Below, in pieces: positions 28,043 to 31,410 of a stretch of 31,410 bases of DNA (position 1 is the stretch's first letter; each line of letters opens with the position of its first letter). Position numbers and translations under genes: made by a program. Where the stretch lies: NCBI GenBank assembly GCA_043816185.1, contig JBDRIG010000002.1, positions 1 to 31,410 on the forward strand, given 5' to 3'. Below the pieces are notes generated by a model, which had not been told where the DNA came from, made no database searches, and worked only from the letters and a program-made list of their open reading frames with translations. This DNA comes from Elusimicrobiota bacterium (GTDB taxonomy: Bacteria; Elusimicrobiota; UBA8919).

Positions 28043-28329
28043 GTTCCGTAATCGCGACAAAATTCCGAGTCACATCGGAAAAAAAACTCGAAGTAAAGGA
28101 TGATGTTTTTGTATTTATGAAAATATTGGATACAGGCAAAAAAAATGGGCGGATATTTATTGCCGGCCGTGGAACATATGAAGAGGTAAAATCATTAAAT
28201 AAAGAAAAGGATTTCAATGCGGCATTAGATGTTCTTATACAGATAAAGAAGAACCATAATTATATGTTTAGCACAAAAGAAGGATACAGAGTAGAGAGGC
28301 AAATACATGGAAAAAGAAAAGCAATCTGA
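28039..28329 (+). CDS. Hypothetical protein, start uncertain
   Basis: 96-codon ORF overlapping both neighbours; no motif recognised. Confidence 0.5.
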   Translation: MSSVIATKFRVTSEKKLEVKDDVFVFMKILDTGKKNGRIFIAGRGTYEEVKSLNKEKDFNAALDVLIQIKKNHNYMFSTKEGYRVERQIHGKRKAI

Positions 28330-28804
28330 AAAAGATTACGCAGAAATAATTGAGATATTGAATAAACATAAAGTAGATTATTTGATTGTAGGTGCATATG
28401 CAGTAATTCAGCACACTAAAATTTCGAGGTATACAAAAGACATAGATTTTTGGATAAGAGACACAAAAGATAACGCAGAAAAATGTTCAAAAGTTATCAA
28501 AGAATTTTCTGGCTTAAATGTTTCTCCAGAAGATCTCCTTGCTAAAGACAATATAAATTATATAGGTGTCGAACCAAATAGGATTGACTTTTTCAACGCT
28601 CAGGGGGATCTTGATTTTAATACTTCTTTTAAGAACAAGTGTATTGGACATTTCAGGGACAAAAAAGCTTTTTATATAAGCATAGATGACCTTATAAAAG
28701 CAAAAAGATATTATCTTTCAAAAGATGACAGAGATATATTGGGACAAGAGAAAGATCTGAAAGATATTAAAAGATTGGGGATAAAAAAAGAAAAGAGAAA
28801 ATAA
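28307..28804 (+). CDS. Minimal nucleotidyltransferase-fold protein
   Basis: VDYLIVGAYAV..RYTKDIDF, RIDF, ISIDDLIKAK..KDLKDI pattern; GAGG RBS. Confidence 0.78.
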   Translation: MEKEKQSEKDYAEIIEILNKHKVDYLIVGAYAVIQHTKISRYTKDIDFWIRDTKDNAEKCSKVIKEFSGLNVSPEDLLAKDNINYIGVEPNRIDFFNAQGDLDFNTSFKNKCIGHFRDKKAFYISIDDLIKAKRYYLSKDDRDILGQEKDLKDIKRLGIKKEKRK

Positions 28805-29014
28805 ATAATATTTATAAAAATATTGATTTATTGCAGTCGTTGTTGTTTTTAGAGGGTTCGCTTGATTTTTCAAGGTTTGAATGGAATTCTTGAAATAAAA
28901 ATGCAACACTTGTTTCTCTTAACTGGCAAATTTCTACATCTTTTAAAATTTTTTGGGCGGTGAAAGAGAATTTAATAAATTCAAGCAACATTTAACAAAA
29001 GTTCGTTTTCCCGT

Positions 29015-29066
29015 TTGACTTTATGCAAATCTTTATGTAAACTACAGTTGACATAAAGTTGACATA
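29015..29066 (+). promoter_or_regulatory. Putative fic promoter with downstream direct-repeat operator
   Basis: TTGACT (29015-29020), 17 bp, TAAACT (29038-29043); AGTTGACATA at 29046 and 29057. Confidence 0.45.
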
Positions 29067-29119
29067 TAATTGTCAGATTCTTTCGTAAGAACAACATTGT
29101 GTAAGAAGAAATAGCAAAC

Positions 29120-30112
29120 ATGATAGATAATATTAAAATTAGACCGAGAGTAATGAAAACGCTATCAGAGATTGATTATCTACAGGGCAAAATTACAGAT
29201 AGTTTAACAAAAGGAGTGTTCACTCCGATAGTTCAAAAAGAATCAGCGATAATAATGGCTTATGCCTCAACAACAATTGAAGGGAGTACTTTAACGCCAC
29301 AAGAAGTCAAACAAGTAGCAGATGGTGAAAGACCACGAAAGGCAGAGATTCATATACAGATGGTTAAAAATTATCTGGATGTTATTCGATGGATAAGGCA
29401 AAAAGAAAGCACAAAAATTATTACAGAAGACAATATTTTTAAATTGCATAGAATTATTGGTGAAAAAGCAGTTGCTGACGGTCCCGTTGGTGAATATAGG
29501 AAAGTTCAGGTATATGTCGGAGACCACACGCCGCCTTCATCTGAAAAAGTGCCATATCTGATGAAAGAGTTTTTAGAATGGTTGAATAACAAAAGCCATC
29601 AATACCATCCTGTTTTAAGTTCTGCAATTGCCCATTTTGAGATTGCAGCAATACATCCGTTTCGTGATGGCAATGGTAGAGTAGCCAGAGCATTAGCCAG
29701 TTGGGAATTATATCGTCGTGGGTTTGATACCCTGCATGTTTTTACGCTTGACGATATTTTGTTGGAAAACAGAAAATTCTATTATCTACAATTAAGCAAC
29801 GCCAGAAAACCCGGCGGATTGACTGATTGGTTGGAATATATTAGCGATATTACAGCCGAAGGTCTTGAACGAACATATAATCGTCTAACATCGGCGCAGG
29901 CAACGGCAAAGAAACTGCCTCCGCTTTCCGAAACGCAGAAGAGATTGCTAATAATATTATCGCAAGATAGTCCAAAAACAATAAAACAGATTATGTCGGA
30001 ACTTTGTATTACCCGACAGGGTGTCTACAAGGTATTAAGTCAGCTACTAAAAACAAAAAGAGTTATATCTGTTGGTACCAGACGTAACAGGCAGTATTCA
30101 ATTACAATTTGA
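29120..30112 (+). CDS. Fic-family AMP transferase with C-terminal winged HTH
   Basis: Canonical HPFRDGNGRVAR; N-terminal inhibitory-type STTIEG; C-terminal TIKQIMSELCITRQGVYKVL. Confidence 0.93.
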   Translation: MIDNIKIRPRVMKTLSEIDYLQGKITDSLTKGVFTPIVQKESAIIMAYASTTIEGSTLTPQEVKQVADGERPRKAEIHIQMVKNYLDVIRWIRQKESTKIITEDNIFKLHRIIGEKAVADGPVGEYRKVQVYVGDHTPPSSEKVPYLMKEFLEWLNNKSHQYHPVLSSAIAHFEIAAIHPFRDGNGRVARALASWELYRRGFDTLHVFTLDDILLENRKFYYLQLSNARKPGGLTDWLEYISDITAEGLERTYNRLTSAQATAKKLPPLSETQKRLLIILSQDSPKTIKQIMSELCITRQGVYKVLSQLLKTKRVISVGTRRNRQYSITI

Positions 30113-30201
30113 TTTGGGTACTGAACGGTGGTAGAAATCTGTATGGATTGTAGCCCACCGTTTCAACGGTTGGTGAACGAAGAGAATAGGAGGGTAGAGT
30201 A

Positions 30202-31257
30202 ATGGCAAAGATTGATTTCGGTGGGGTTGTAGAAGAAGTGATAACAAGGGACGAATTTCCTCTTTCAAAGGCACAGGAGATTCTGAAAGATGAGGTTGTA
30301 GCGGTAATTGGATACGGTGTTCAAGGGCCTGCACAGTCACTAAATATGAGAGATAATAAAATTAATGTTATTATCGGTCAGAGGCCAGAAGAAAAAATAT
30401 ACTGGGATAAAGCTGTCGCTGATGGTTGGGTACCTGGTAAAACACTTTTCAATATGGAAGAAGCGGTACAGAGAGGAACAATAATACAATATCTGATTTC
30501 AGATGCTGGGCAAATGATGGCGTGGCCTAAATTGAAACTACTTCTCACAAAAGGAAAAGCATTATATTTTTCACACGGGTTTTCAATCGTATATAAAGAC
30601 CAGACAAATATTATTCCACCTAAGGATATAGATGTTATACTTGTTGCACCGAAGGGTTCGGGTACGTCGGTGAGAAGGAATTTTTTAAGTGGTAGTGGGA
30701 TAAATTCAAGTTTTGCCGTTTTTCAGGATGCGACTGGCAGAGCCATGGATAGAACGCTTGCTCTCGGTATTGCCGTCGGTTCAGGATTTCTTTTCCCGAC
30801 AACTTTTGAGAATGAGGTCTATAGCGATCTTACTGGAGAGAGAGGAACTTTGATGGGTGCACTGGCTGGCATAATGGGAGCACAATATAATCTTTTGAGA
30901 AAACATGGTCACAGTCCGTCTGAGTCATTTAACGAAACTGTCGAAGAACTTACACAAAGTTTGATACGGCTTGTTGCCGAAAATGGTATGGATTGGATGT
31001 TTGCCAATTGCTCGACGACCGCTCAAAGAGGTGCTCTTGATTGGATGCCGAAATTCAGGAAGGCAGTAGAACCCGTATTTGAAAAATTATACGATAGAGT
31101 TAAGTCTGGTAAAGAGACAAAAAGAGTTCTTAAACTAAATGGTGTGCGCAATTACAGGGAAAAACTTGAAATGGAATTAAAACAAATTAGAGAGTCGGAA
31201 ATGTGGCGTGCAGGCAAGTCTGTGCGATCGTTAAGGCCTGAGAATTTGAAAAAATAG
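30202..31257 (+). CDS. ilvC: Ketol-acid reductoisomerase
   Basis: AVIGYGVQG, LYFSHGF, VAPKGSG, SDLTGERG, CSTTAQRG. Confidence 0.96.
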   Translation: MAKIDFGGVVEEVITRDEFPLSKAQEILKDEVVAVIGYGVQGPAQSLNMRDNKINVIIGQRPEEKIYWDKAVADGWVPGKTLFNMEEAVQRGTIIQYLISDAGQMMAWPKLKLLLTKGKALYFSHGFSIVYKDQTNIIPPKDIDVILVAPKGSGTSVRRNFLSGSGINSSFAVFQDATGRAMDRTLALGIAVGSGFLFPTTFENEVYSDLTGERGTLMGALAGIMGAQYNLLRKHGHSPSESFNETVEELTQSLIRLVAENGMDWMFANCSTTAQRGALDWMPKFRKAVEPVFEKLYDRVKSGKETKRVLKLNGVRNYREKLEMELKQIRESEMWRAGKSVRSLRPENLKK

Positions 31258-31265
31258 TTGCTCGG

Positions 31266-31400
31266 GAGGGGCGCTCGGGAATTGCTTCGCGGAAACGCCT
31301 CGCCTTTGAGGGCGGGCTCTCACTCGCACCGCTAAAAGTCATAAGGTGAAAAATAATAGTGTATGCGGTGCTCCGTGAGGTTCCTCTCAGCAACCCCCTC
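31266..31400. other. GC-rich multi-stem element after ilvC (structured RNA or palindromic repeat)
   Basis: Nested complementary segments: GAGGGG/CCCCTC, CTTCGCGGA/TCCGTGAGG, GCACCGC/GCGGTGC and an internal CTCGCCT/GGGCGGG hairpin. Confidence 0.5.
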
Positions 31401-31410
31401 ACTCTGCGAT

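Overview
AT-rich bacterial chromosomal window; no rRNA, tRNA, CRISPR array or intact transposase was recognised, and the taxon cannot be fixed from sequence alone. (1) 1-7791: dense two-component cluster with the 3' end of a histidine kinase, two tandem triple-receiver proteins joined by an A8G10 tract, a stand-alone receiver, an NtrC-type activator, a HAMP kinase, a REC-GGDEF protein and an OmpR-type regulator. (2) 7857-14129: ispF, an orphan DNA methyltransferase, cysS, rlmB, ppdK. (3) 14458-20196: the most unusual locus, an apparent 'motor without a flagellum': a single FliF(RBM3/TM/C-tail)-FliG fusion, a predicted outer-membrane protein, a secreted coiled-coil/TPR protein, MotA and MotB, with no export, rod, hook, filament or switch genes in the window. 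(4) 20300-24911: DUF2148-like protein, class A PBP, tyrS. (5) 25133-31410: MvaI/BcnI-like restriction-modification pair, His-type Thi4, a nucleotidyltransferase gene pair, Fic, ilvC and a GC-rich structured element. Three copies of a small inverted-repeat (MITE-like) element lie in intergenic regions, one nested inside a REP-like repeat. All family calls come from reading motifs by eye, not from database searches.
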